A stretch of DNA of 64,000 nucleotides from a virus (lineage: Duplodnaviria > Caudoviricetes). The notes under the pieces were generated by a model. It saw only the letters and a list, made by a program, of their open reading frames with translations, was not told where the DNA came from and ran no database searches. The DNA lies in the IMG/VR virus record IMGVR_UViG_3300037255_000025, positions 1-64,000 of that record; one strand, 5' to 3'. Shown here piece after piece: positions 1 to 8,595 of the stretch; position 1 is the first letter of the stretch; every line of letters begins with the position of its first letter. The translations under genes were made by a program, and so were the position numbers.

Positions 1-462
1 GGTCGGGAGGTACCCGCGTTGCTTGAGCTTGATCTTCCCTAGCCTTGGGAGCTGAACGAGACGCTCCGAGACCTTGATCCCCTCGCTGAACTTGAAGCTA
101 CCGACGCCCCGCTTACGAGACTTGAAGCGAGGGAAGCCTTTCCGCTTCGAGCCGCTCTTACACCGACGAAAGAAGCCCTCAAAGGCTCGATCAAGGTTTC
201 GGAGCGCTTCCTGGGGAGCACACTTCGAGGACTCGTACATCCACGGGACCCCGCCGGCTTCCTTGGGGAGCTTCTTGAGTGCGTTCAGTTCACGGTTGAG
301 ACCCACCCAGGACGGACTCTTCCCCGTCTTCTCGTAGCTCTCGATCTTCTTTCGGAGACCCCAGTTGTAAGCCCAACGAGCGCAACCCGCATGCTGTAGG
401 AGCTGCTCGGTCTGGGAGACCGTAGGATCCAGCTCGGTCTTGTATGCTCGGAGGATCTTCAC
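1..462 (-). CDS. tnpB: TnpB RNA-guided endonuclease, N-terminal part (runs off left edge; absent from ORF track)
   Basis: Manual translation from GTG at 462: MKILRAYKTELDPTVSQTEQLLQHAGCARWAYNWGL...APQEALRNLDRAFEGFFRR...GFPRFKSRK...LPRLGKIKLKQ, a typical TnpB N-terminus. RuvC lies outside the window. Confidence 0.9.
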   Translation of the reverse strand, partial: MKILRAYKTELDPTVSQTEQLLQHAGCARWAYNWGLRKKIESYEKTGKSPSWVGLNRELNALKKLPKEAGGVPWMYESSKCAPQEALRNLDRAFEGFFRRCKSGSKRKGFPRFKSRKRGVGSFKFSEGIKVSERLVQLPRLGKIKLKQRGYLPT

Positions 463-601
463 GGGAGACTTCGACCCTACCTTCCGTCCCCAAAAGAGGG
501 GAAGAGGAAAACAACCGAGACCCGAAGGGCATCCCTTACCCGTGGGCAGCCCGGGTGGTAGATACCGAACGGCCCGGCGGCGTCGCAAGTTGCGCAGTTG
601 C

Positions 602-826
602 TCATCGGGGGTCTCCTAGAACGGGGGGCTCTTCACGCGGAAGTTCGTCCCGCGGGAACAAGCCGATCTGTACTTCGTCGTCCCAGCGGAGAACGACGCA
701 AGGGTTGAGCTTGACGTAGAAGCTACCGTCCTCGCGCTTCCACGCGACACCCACGGTCCCCTGGTCCTTCGAGCCCGCGACCTTCGACATGACGCGGAGG
801 TTGTGCGTAGGCTTCGGGTTGTTCAC
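602..826 (-). CDS. Small hypothetical protein (DUF736/ssDNA-binding-like)
   Basis: VGVAWKREDGSFYVKLN motif; GTG overlaps the upstream stop. Confidence 0.5.
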   Translation of the reverse strand: MNNPKPTHNLRVMSKVAGSKDQGTVGVAWKREDGSFYVKLNPCVVLRWDDEVQIGLFPRDELPREEPPVLGDPR

Positions 827-1257
827 GCGAGCCTCCAGAGTCCCGAGTAGCGCCCGTCTCGCACGATCTTGCCCGTGCGGTGCAGGCTCGCGACCGTGTT
901 GGCCGCCTCCGCCCGAGTGCACCCCACGATGTGACTGATCTCCTGCACCCTGCGAGACCTGTCGCTGGTGCGCAGCACTTCCAGAACGATACTCGCGCGA
1001 GACCTCTGGGCCGCGGTCTTGGGCTTCGTCGGTGCCAGGACTGCTTTCGCCTTCGCGCGGGATTCGATCACGGCCGCGGCCGCACGATACAGCGCCACGT
1101 CCGCCGCGGGCCAGATCCGCTTGGCGTGTTCGAAGTCGGTGTGGGCGCGCGCGAGTTGTCGGTCCAGTGCACGTTTCCACGCGACCGCGTGGTTCACCGC
1201 GACCAGCTCCTGCGTCGTGATCGTTCGGGCCTCGTTGCCGTCGTCGTACTGCGTCAT
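823..1257 (-). CDS. Hypothetical protein with C-terminal winged-HTH-like domain
   Basis: VQEISHIVGCTRAEAANTVASLHRTGKIVRDGRYSGLWRL; GGAG RBS and conserved promoter motif upstream. Confidence 0.6.
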   Translation of the reverse strand: MTQYDDGNEARTITTQELVAVNHAVAWKRALDRQLARAHTDFEHAKRIWPAADVALYRAAAAVIESRAKAKAVLAPTKPKTAAQRSRASIVLEVLRTSDRSRRVQEISHIVGCTRAEAANTVASLHRTGKIVRDGRYSGLWRLA

Positions 1258-1298
1258 TTGCTGCCGTTCTCCGTTCTCTCGGGCGTTCGGTACCGGGA

Positions 1299-1324
1299 CC
1301 CTTACCTAGCTCGGCATCCGATTC
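1299..1324 (-). promoter_or_regulatory. Conserved ECF-like promoter motif
   Basis: (G)AATC-N15-TAAGGG. Confidence 0.5.
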
Positions 1325-1351
1325 GGCCAGAACCCCCGAAAAGTCGAACGC

Positions 1352-1380
1352 TTGACACGCAATCCAACGCCCCGTACCGT
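1352..1380 (+). promoter_or_regulatory. Sigma70-type promoter of the head operon
   Basis: TTGACA-17 nt-TACCGT, 13 nt before GTG at 1394. Confidence 0.7.
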
Positions 1381-1393
1381 CCGATCATCCTCA

Positions 1394-2653
1394 GTGGCCC
1401 AAGACAACGAACCTACGGTCGACGCGAACGGACGCCGAGCCAAGCACCGGCTCCGCGACATGCTCACGACGGCCGTGGGTTTGGTTGACCGAGCCGCCAA
1501 CGAAGAGACCTTCCTGGTCGTGAAAGCAGCGAGCCCGATGACCACCGCCACCACCAAGGCCGACGGCGATGACGCCCCGGGCCTCAAGCTCCCCGCGGAC
1601 GCCAAGCAGTCCCTGACGGACGGCCTGACCGAGGCGCTCGAGAAGCTCTCGGCGCTCGCCCAGCAGGTCATGGCCTGCACGGTCGACGACACCGCCGAGT
1701 GCCCGCCGGAGCTGGCGACCCAGATCGACGAGCTGGCGGACGACCTCGACGACCTCGCGGACGAGTTCATGCCCAAGGCGGCGCCGACCCAGATGGCCGA
1801 CAAGGCCAAGGCTCGCAAGGCCAACGCCACCGCCAAGGCCGCGACGAGCGCGTTCAAGCGCGACGCCGACGGTGTCCTGAAGGCCAAGCCGTTCCCCGGC
1901 GCCGCGCCGCCGTTCGGCAAGGACAAGGACCCGGCGCCCGAGGACGCCGGAGCGGTCGCGAAGGACGGCGCGGGCTCCGCCATCGGTTCGCCTCCGGGCG
2001 AGGGCGCGGGCAAGGATGTCCCGCGCGACCCCCCGGGCGAGGGTCCGGGCGGCGGCGCGGGCCCGGCCCAGAACGCCCCCGGCGACACTGACAACCCCGT
2101 GGTCATGATGAAGTCGGGCCGCAAGATCGCCAAGGAGCGCCTCGAGACGCTCACGAAGTCGTTCCACGACCACAAGGCGGGCTTCGCCCACCTCGACAAG
2201 GCCGTGGCATGCATGAAGTCCGGTCACCAGGGCCTCGAGAACGTCTTGAAGGACGTGTACGATGGCCCCGGTTACATGCAGCCCCCGGGCGCGGCGCCGG
2301 ACGCCCCTCCCGCGGTCGAGAAGCCCGCGCCGGCCGAACCCATGGTGAGCCCGCGTGCGGCCGCGCCCGACACGACCGGCATGGCCAAGTCGATCACCGA
2401 CATCACCAAGGCCGCGATCGAGGAGCAGCTCAAGGGTCCGCTCGACATCCTCAACAAGGCGATGGCGGGTCTCCACGAGACCAAGAAGTCGTTCGATGAC
2501 GCCGCGGCGCTCAACGCCCTGCGCAACATCACGTCTTCGCCGCGCAGCCAGCCCAATGACGGACAAGCTCCGCCCGCCGCCCGCCCGAAGACGGAGTCGT
2601 GGCCGAGCGACATGTCCGCCGCCATCAAGCAGAAGCGGGCCGCCGCTAAGTAG
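1394..2653 (+). CDS. Capsid scaffold / XkdF-like head assembly protein
   Basis: HRLRDM...VGLVDRAANEETFLVVK motif, then Ala/Pro/Lys-rich helical sequence; directly upstream of the capsid gene. Confidence 0.6.
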   Translation: MAQDNEPTVDANGRRAKHRLRDMLTTAVGLVDRAANEETFLVVKAASPMTTATTKADGDDAPGLKLPADAKQSLTDGLTEALEKLSALAQQVMACTVDDTAECPPELATQIDELADDLDDLADEFMPKAAPTQMADKAKARKANATAKAATSAFKRDADGVLKAKPFPGAAPPFGKDKDPAPEDAGAVAKDGAGSAIGSPPGEGAGKDVPRDPPGEGPGGGAGPAQNAPGDTDNPVVMMKSGRKIAKERLETLTKSFHDHKAGFAHLDKAVACMKSGHQGLENVLKDVYDGPGYMQPPGAAPDAPPAVEKPAPAEPMVSPRAAAPDTTGMAKSITDITKAAIEEQLKGPLDILNKAMAGLHETKKSFDDAAALNALRNITSSPRSQPNDGQAPPAARPKTESWPSDMSAAIKQKRAAAK

Positions 2654-2711
2654 CGGCTCAGCCCAAACCAAGAACGACCCGATCGACCGCCCCATACTTT
2701 AGGAGTCCACT

Positions 2712-3671
2712 GTGAGCCAGACCCAGTTTGAGAACATGTCCGCGATCGAGAAGGCGAATGCGACCCTCGCCTGGCTCGCGCCGGCCGGCCAACTGGTGGC
2801 AGAGCAGGCGAAAGAGTTCATGCAGCTCGCGATTCTCCAGAGCGTCATGCTCGGCGAGATCACCGTGACGCCCATGAACGCCCCGCAGAAGCAGATCAAC
2901 AAGATGGTCTTCGGATCCACCCGGATCCTCGGGCCGGGGTCGAGCGGCGCGGCCGTTCCCCTCGCGCAGCGGAGCCGCCCCGACCTGAGCCAGACGGTCC
3001 TGTCGACCGTGTTGGCCAAGGGCGAGGTGCGGGTCGAGGACGAGGTGTTCGAGGACAACATCGAGCGCCAGAAGCTCCAGACGACCCTGATGGCGCTCAT
3101 CGGCGAGAAGACCGGCGCCGACATGGAGGACCTGGCGATCAACGGCAACCCGACGTCGACGGACCCCTTCCTCGCGCTCCTCCCGTCGGGCGGGTTCCTG
3201 TACCAAACGGTCAGCAACGTCGTGAACGCGAACGGCGTGCGTCTGAACAAGACCACGCTCCGGGACACGTGGAAGAGCGTCCCGCGCCAGTTCCGTCGGT
3301 TCAAGAACACGCTCATGTTCTTCACGTCCATGGACGCCCAGGTGGACTACGCCGACTCGATCGCGAGTCGCCAGACCCCCGGTGGCGATGACGCCCTGCT
3401 CAAGACCGACATCTCGAGCGCGCCGAAGTGGACCGGCGTGCCGATCCTCGGCGTGCCGCTCTGGCCGGAGCAGCAGGGCAGCTCGACGAATCAGACGAGC
3501 ATGTTGGTCTCGAACCCCAAGAACTACACGGTCGGCGTCCAGAGGGACATCCGCCTGGAGTACTACCGCGACGTGAGCGCGGGCGAGAGCGTCTTCGTCG
3601 TGACGCTGCGCCTCGACGCCAAGATCGCCCACGAGCCCGCCACGGCAAGCGCCATCGCGATTCTCAACTGA
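2712..3671 (+). CDS. Major capsid protein (HK97 fold, XkdG-like)
   Basis: 319 aa; GQLVAEQAKEFMQL, EDEVFEDNIE, DMEDLAINGN, NYTVGVQRDIRLE; AGGAG RBS. Confidence 0.85.
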   Translation: MSQTQFENMSAIEKANATLAWLAPAGQLVAEQAKEFMQLAILQSVMLGEITVTPMNAPQKQINKMVFGSTRILGPGSSGAAVPLAQRSRPDLSQTVLSTVLAKGEVRVEDEVFEDNIERQKLQTTLMALIGEKTGADMEDLAINGNPTSTDPFLALLPSGGFLYQTVSNVVNANGVRLNKTTLRDTWKSVPRQFRRFKNTLMFFTSMDAQVDYADSIASRQTPGGDDALLKTDISSAPKWTGVPILGVPLWPEQQGSSTNQTSMLVSNPKNYTVGVQRDIRLEYYRDVSAGESVFVVTLRLDAKIAHEPATASAIAILN

Positions 3672-3784
3672 GCGCGTCCGCGCCCTGCCCAGCCCCGCAC
3701 TGCCTCGAGAGAGGCGGCCGGGGCTCGGGCCGTTAGAAGGCGGGCCGTCGGCGGACCGCGACCACCCACCCGAGGATTCTCCCC

Positions 3785-4138
3785 ATGGCCATCGGCACCC
3801 CTGTCATCAGCGGCTCGTACTTCCAGGCGCCGAGCGTCCCGACGTTCGTGGACGACGTCTCGTTCGCCCTCGATAGCTCGTACCCCGCGCTGGGCTACCC
3901 CGGGCTCCCGCTCGCGCTCCAGAAGGCGCTCGCGGGCGCGTACAGCCAGGGCCAGAGCGCGCGGGCGATCGTCGAGATCCTGACCCCGGTCGACCTGTCC
4001 GGCTACGTCGTCGCGTGGGACGCGGTGAACCAGACGGTTCGCCTCTTCGCCTCCAACTCGACCTCGGCGCTCGCTGAGGTGGCCACGGGGACCAACCTCT
4101 CGACCATCACGCTCCGGCTGCGCATCCTCAGCCAGTAA
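3785..4138 (+). CDS. Putative capsid decoration protein
   Basis: 117-aa beta-rich protein right after the capsid gene (FALDSSYPALGY, EVATGTNLS). Confidence 0.5.
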   Translation: MAIGTPVISGSYFQAPSVPTFVDDVSFALDSSYPALGYPGLPLALQKALAGAYSQGQSARAIVEILTPVDLSGYVVAWDAVNQTVRLFASNSTSALAEVATGTNLSTITLRLRILSQ

Positions 4139-4186
4139 CGCCCGTGGGCGGGCTCTCGCGGGCCGCGCCCAGAAAAGAGACCGCTC

Positions 4187-4672
4187 ATGTCCTACGTCAT
4201 CCGCATCAAGCCCTTCAACCCGCGCGCCGGGCACAAGCTCCGTAGCCTCATCGACCAGGCCACGGACAAGCGCTACGTCGAGAACTCGCTCTACACCGTC
4301 ACCAAGGAGGAGGCCGAGTACCTCGCCTGGTTCATGCAGGACGGCAGCCGCATCGACCCCAACGTGGTGGTCTACGGCGCCCAGCGGGCGTTCGACGTCT
4401 GGGAGTCCAAGGACACGGCGCGCAAGGTTCTCGACAACGAGGCCCGGGCGGCGATGCACCAGCAGAACCCGGACCGCCTCTTGGCGGCCCAGAGCAGCGA
4501 GGCCAGTGAGGCCCCGGTGCTCGCGGAAGACGCGATCGACACCTCGCCGGTCGGGTCCTTCAGCGACCCTCTCCCGGGCGAGCGCCCCCCGACGGCGCTC
4601 GAGCGCCGTAACCAGGCCGTCGCGAAGGCCTCGGCCGCACGCGCCAAGAACAAGGTTCAGGCGACCCCGTGA
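4187..4672 (+). CDS. Hypothetical protein (head module)
   Basis: GC3-biased ORF within the operon. Confidence 0.6.
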   Translation: MSYVIRIKPFNPRAGHKLRSLIDQATDKRYVENSLYTVTKEEAEYLAWFMQDGSRIDPNVVVYGAQRAFDVWESKDTARKVLDNEARAAMHQQNPDRLLAAQSSEASEAPVLAEDAIDTSPVGSFSDPLPGERPPTALERRNQAVAKASAARAKNKVQATP

Positions 4673-5154
4673 GCCAGAGTCCCCCGTCCGACATGGTGGG
4701 CCTTGTCCACCGCCCCGACAGTTTTGCCGAAGGGTTGGTCAGCGGGGGGGCGTTGGCGCGTGTCGCACAGGCGATCGTCAACGTTGTCGACGACTCGTTC
4801 CTCTCCCACCCGATGCACGGCGGGAGCAAGTCGATGTCGCCCGAGTGGAAGTCGCGACGCGCGTTCTGCGTCGCGACGTTCCGCGAGCTTCAGGGGGACC
4901 TGAGGTGGACGACCGACCGGGCCCTGTCGATGCTCCGCCCTTGCCTGTTGGCGCGGTTGAACGGGATGCCGTCGCCCGTTGCGGGCCGCGCGGAGCGTCG
5001 GGCGCTGTACGCCCCCGACCGCGGGCTCGTCACCCAGGGTAGCCTCCGGGTCGACGACGTCGCCTACGCCCCCGCGGGACCCGAGGGCGGTGTAGAGTCG
5101 CTCGCGGAACTCAAAGACCAGCTCAAACTCGACGACTCCGGAGAAGCCACATGA
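4669..5154 (+). CDS. Hypothetical protein
   Basis: GTGA/ATGA overlaps with both neighbours. Confidence 0.55.
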   Translation: MSQSPPSDMVGLVHRPDSFAEGLVSGGALARVAQAIVNVVDDSFLSHPMHGGSKSMSPEWKSRRAFCVATFRELQGDLRWTTDRALSMLRPCLLARLNGMPSPVAGRAERRALYAPDRGLVTQGSLRVDDVAYAPAGPEGGVESLAELKDQLKLDDSGEAT

Positions 5155-7169
5155 CGACCTCGACGCGCCAGAACGTTCCCTCCAACTTCGCCGACGGGGG
5201 CATCGGGCTGACCCCGGGTGGGTCCAGCGTTCCGCCCTCGACCTTGGCCCAGTTCGGCCAGGCTGCGATCCCGGCGATCCAGCCGAGCCCTGATCTGGCG
5301 ACGATCCTGTGGTCCATCCTCGGCCGTGTCGCGCCGGTCGCGGCGACCTACGCCGCGCTGGCGACGTTCGGTGCGGGGCCGAGCCCGAGCAACAGCCAGG
5401 ACCGGCAGGACGGGCAGATCGTTCTCGTCGAGCAGGACAACTCGATCTGGCGCTGGGCCGCCAGCAGCACGCTCGCAGCGAGCCCGACCGTGTTCCTCGC
5501 GGGCGACGCGCCCGCGGCGGGCCGTTGGGTCTCGGTCGTCGCCGGTTCCACCGGCAGCGCGGGCGGCGCGATCCCGGTCGACCTGAAGGGCGCGAACCTC
5601 GCGGCCGGTACGGTCGTCGGGGCGTACTCCTCGCCCAACGTCGGCTACGTCGCGGTCGGCCAGAAGAGCCTGGGGCTCCGCTGGCACAGCGGCACGCTCA
5701 CGGCGATCTGGACCGAGGTCACGATCCCGGCGGACTGCGATACCAACTACCCGCTGGTCATGAACTTCCTCGTGTCCAAGACGGGCGCGACCGCGACCGA
5801 CGTCGTGTCGATGACGGTCGCCGCATACGCCCAGGTCGCCACGTTCCCGGCGGCCGTACTCGAGAACGCGAGCCCGAACCTGGGCAGCATCTCGACCGCG
5901 CTCACCAGCGCCCAGGCGGCGCTCGCCGCGGGCACGGTCACGCAGCTCACGGCCGCGGTGGGCCCGCTGCCGGGCGCGGGTGCGTCAATCCCGACGGCCC
6001 TCTCGCTGTCGCTCGTTCCGAGCGGCACGCTCGCGACCGATGACGTGATCCTGGAGGGCGCGTTCCTCTCGTACACCAAGAAGGCCGCGAGCCCGCGGCT
6101 CGACGTCGACTTCCGCGCCGCCACGCTCGCCGCCGGCACCCCGATGGCCGCATGGGCCTCGACTTCGGGCGCTTCTTCGTCCCCCGGCATCACGCTGGAC
6201 AACGCCAAGGCGGTCTGCGTCAAGTGGAACAACAACGCGACCCAGACGGCGGTCTGGACGCACGCCGAGATGCCGGCCGACCTCGACGTCACCAAGCCCG
6301 TCGTGGTCCGCGGGCTGCTCTCCAAGTCGGGCGCCACCACGGGCGACGCCACGACGCTCGACGTCGCGATCTTCTTGCAGGTACCCGGGGCGCTCGAGGA
6401 CGCGACCACGGGTACGCTCGGGCTCGGCGGGACCACCAACGCGCTCGTCGGCAACCTCACGGCCCTGACGGTCTCGGAGGTCTCGTACACGATCGCGGCG
6501 AACACGCTCACGGCGGCGCCCTGTCGCATGTCGATCTCGGTCAAGCCTACGAACGGCACGCTCGGCACCGACCTCGCCCAGCTCAACCGGCTCTGGGTCG
6601 AGTACACGCCCAAGCCCGCGAGCATCAAGGTCCTGCCCTTCGACCTGAAGGCGGGGTCGACCTCGGCTGCGTCGACCCCCTGGGCCGCGACGCCGATGGC
6701 CGCATGGGCCTCGACCTCCGGTGCCTCTTCGTCCCCCGGCGTCACGCTGGAGAACTCGAAGGCGCACGGGGTCAAGTGGAACAACAACGCGACCCAGGTG
6801 TTGGTCTACTCGGACGCGGTGCTGCCGCCGGACTTCGACGTCTCCCAGGCGTGCACGATGGTGGTCGACGTGACCAAGACCGGCGCGACCGCGGCCGACA
6901 CGGCACCGTTCACCATCAACCTGTACGAGCAGGTCCCGGGCTCGACCGACATCGGCGGGCCCACGTTCTCGGGCGTCACCTCGGCCATCGCGACCCCGAC
7001 GGCGGCGGCCAAGACGGTCTCGAGGCTCACGCTCACGATCCCGGGCGGTACGTTCACGGCCGCGCCCGCGCGCGTGACGCTGTCGGTGAGCCCGCAGAGC
7101 GGCAAGCTCAGTACGGACAACGCGCTGTGCTGCTACTGCGCGGTCGAGTACCAGCCGAAGTCGAGCTGA
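5151..7169 (+). CDS. Virion structural protein with three tandem beta-rich repeats (head fibre/spike-like)
   Basis: Repeats share D(L/F)...W...P.D.D...K(T/S)GAT; repeats 2 and 3 share TPMAAWASTSGASSSPG.TL.N.KA..VKWNNNATQ. Confidence 0.65.
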   Translation: MTTSTRQNVPSNFADGGIGLTPGGSSVPPSTLAQFGQAAIPAIQPSPDLATILWSILGRVAPVAATYAALATFGAGPSPSNSQDRQDGQIVLVEQDNSIWRWAASSTLAASPTVFLAGDAPAAGRWVSVVAGSTGSAGGAIPVDLKGANLAAGTVVGAYSSPNVGYVAVGQKSLGLRWHSGTLTAIWTEVTIPADCDTNYPLVMNFLVSKTGATATDVVSMTVAAYAQVATFPAAVLENASPNLGSISTALTSAQAALAAGTVTQLTAAVGPLPGAGASIPTALSLSLVPSGTLATDDVILEGAFLSYTKKAASPRLDVDFRAATLAAGTPMAAWASTSGASSSPGITLDNAKAVCVKWNNNATQTAVWTHAEMPADLDVTKPVVVRGLLSKSGATTGDATTLDVAIFLQVPGALEDATTGTLGLGGTTNALVGNLTALTVSEVSYTIAANTLTAAPCRMSISVKPTNGTLGTDLAQLNRLWVEYTPKPASIKVLPFDLKAGSTSAASTPWAATPMAAWASTSGASSSPGVTLENSKAHGVKWNNNATQVLVYSDAVLPPDFDVSQACTMVVDVTKTGATAADTAPFTINLYEQVPGSTDIGGPTFSGVTSAIATPTAAAKTVSRLTLTIPGGTFTAAPARVTLSVSPQSGKLSTDNALCCYCAVEYQPKSS

Positions 7170-7220
7170 TCGACCCGCTGAGGGCGACCTGACGGTCGTC
7201 GCGAGGGCTCCCGGGTTTCC

Positions 7221-7481
7221 CTAGGGGCCCTCTGCTTTTGCGGCCTCCGCTTCCAACAACGCATCGGCCACAGCGACGAGTTCCCATCTTACGCCTGTCT
7301 CCGTAGACAGGAGGACGTCTGCGATGACCTTGTACGCTTCAGCCTGGTCGGTGAAGACAGTCGCACACGACAGTCTGAACGTGAAATCTATGCGCCCGCA
7401 CGCACCTGCGTAGAAGATGGTGTCGTGTCGCCCGAACGGGTGTTCTTGGTTTGTCCGGCGCATCAACAAAACCCAAAGCAA
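7221..7481 (-). CDS. Hypothetical protein, probable paralogue of 18697-19008 (start uncertain)
   Basis: Shared W(V/I)L...ELV..A..LLE.EA pattern. Confidence 0.4.
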   Translation of the reverse strand: MLWVLLMRRTNQEHPFGRHDTIFYAGACGRIDFTFRLSCATVFTDQAEAYKVIADVLLSTETGVRWELVAVADALLEAEAAKAEGP

Positions 7482-7515
7482 GCGGCGCGGCCCGGCTTGT
7501 GCAGCAGTCGCCGAC

Positions 7516-7728
7516 ATGGGAAGCATCATCGCGCTCTTGGTCTTCATCGCTCTGATCGGCCTCGCCGCCTGGGCCTTGACCACTCTGATCCCGATGCCGA
7601 CCGGGGTCGCCAAGATCATCTACGTCGTCGCGGTCATCTTGTGCGTGCTGATCGTGTTGAACGCCTTCGGACTACTCGACGGCGCCGGTGGCCGCGTGTC
7701 CCTTCCGCGGTTCTCGACGGCGCGCTGA
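7516..7728 (+). CDS. Small two-TM membrane protein (Thivi_2564-like)
   Basis: MGSIIALLVFIALIGLAAWALTTLIPMP..VAKIIYVVAVILCVLIVLNAFG. Confidence 0.7.
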   Translation: MGSIIALLVFIALIGLAAWALTTLIPMPTGVAKIIYVVAVILCVLIVLNAFGLLDGAGGRVSLPRFSTAR

Positions 7729-7742
7729 AGCCGGCAAGAACG

Positions 7743-8309
7743 TCACACCGCGGCACCGTAGCGCAGGACCTTCACCGGCTTCAGGTACTGGTTGCGCCAA
7801 GGCTTGCCCACCAGCGGACCGTTGACCGCGATCGGTCGGTCCGTCTTCGGGCATACGTTGCCGGCCTTGATGCCGTTGCGGCGTTCGTCCTGGAGCCAGG
7901 CGAGCTTCTGCGCCGCAGTCAGGTCCCCAAAACTCCTAACTTCTGCCCACTCGACGCCGTAGTCCGTCATGCCATTGAGCAGCCAGTACCGCGCGATCGT
8001 CGGGCCCAGCGCGAGCGAGACACGCCACTCCCAATAGACGAAGTCTACTTCGTCACGCGCTCGGGGGTGTAGCGCCAACAGGTGCCCTAGCTCGTGGATG
8101 AGGTTCCCGACGACCCATCGTTGGGTATTCCTGGCGCCGCATACTGGATTCACGTAAAGCTCGCGTCTTTTCCGATCAAACCCCACCCGGGAACACGCCG
8201 GGGCGGGGTTCGTTTCAGTCCTGGGCGGTTGCGGTCCGCCATCTTCGTAGACGAGCAACCGGACCCCGTTGGCCTTCGCGAAGGCCGCGATACGATCGAG
8301 TGAACGCAT
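7743..8309 (-). CDS. HExxH metallopeptidase-like protein
   Basis: LIHELGHLL motif; ATG 6 nt after the conserved TAAGGT box. Confidence 0.6.
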   Translation of the reverse strand: MRSLDRIAAFAKANGVRLLVYEDGGPQPPRTETNPAPACSRVGFDRKRRELYVNPVCGARNTQRWVVGNLIHELGHLLALHPRARDEVDFVYWEWRVSLALGPTIARYWLLNGMTDYGVEWAEVRSFGDLTAAQKLAWLQDERRNGIKAGNVCPKTDRPIAVNGPLVGKPWRNQYLKPVKVLRYGAAV

Positions 8310-8547
8310 ACGTGTACCTTACGTTCTCCGAGGCCGGTTCGCGGTCAGTGCCAACGGTCAGGTAGACCGCCTGCCTCAGCCTCCAGCATCGCGTCCTCCC
8401 CCGCCTGGCAGGAGCCGAGGCGGGGGCTTCCGCGCTGGAGATCAGGTAAAAGACGCGCGCTCCTCCCGAGGCCTTCGAGATACGCGCCAGAACCCACGTC
8501 ATCGCCGAACCGTCGGAGCCTTCAAGTGGTGGACGTCGCGGGCTCAC
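8215..8547 (-). CDS. Hypothetical protein carrying an in-frame 84-bp IS-end insertion (possible pseudogene)
   Basis: GTG 6 nt after TAAGGG; MTWVL segment resembles the start of 18697-19008. Confidence 0.4.
   Translation of the reverse strand: MSPRRPPLEGSDGSAMTWVLARISKASGGARVFYLISSAEAPASAPARRGRTRCWRLRQAVYLTVGTDREPASENVRYTYAFTRSYRGLREGQRGPVARLRRWRTATAQD
8316..8340 (-). promoter_or_regulatory. Conserved ECF-like promoter motif
   Basis: GAAC-N15-TAAGGT-N6-ATG. Confidence 0.7.
8358..8448 (-). mobile_element. Orphan IS200/IS605 left-end hairpin (MITE/PATE-like)
   Basis: 8394-8439 is identical over 46 nt to 28769-28814; flanked by TCAGGTA direct repeats at 8358-8364 and 8442-8448. Confidence 0.75.
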
Positions 8548-8553
8548 GCGGGT

Positions 8554-8578
8554 CCCTTACCCCGCGGGGCCTTGGTTC
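8554..8578 (-). promoter_or_regulatory. Conserved ECF-like promoter motif
   Basis: GAAC-N15-TAAGGG-N6-GTG. Confidence 0.7.
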
Positions 8579-8595
8579 GTGCGAGAATGGCCCCC

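Noticed and set aside
3672-3784. Rho-independent terminator after the capsid gene
   Set aside because: GC-rich pairing is possible but there is no clean stem with a U-tract.
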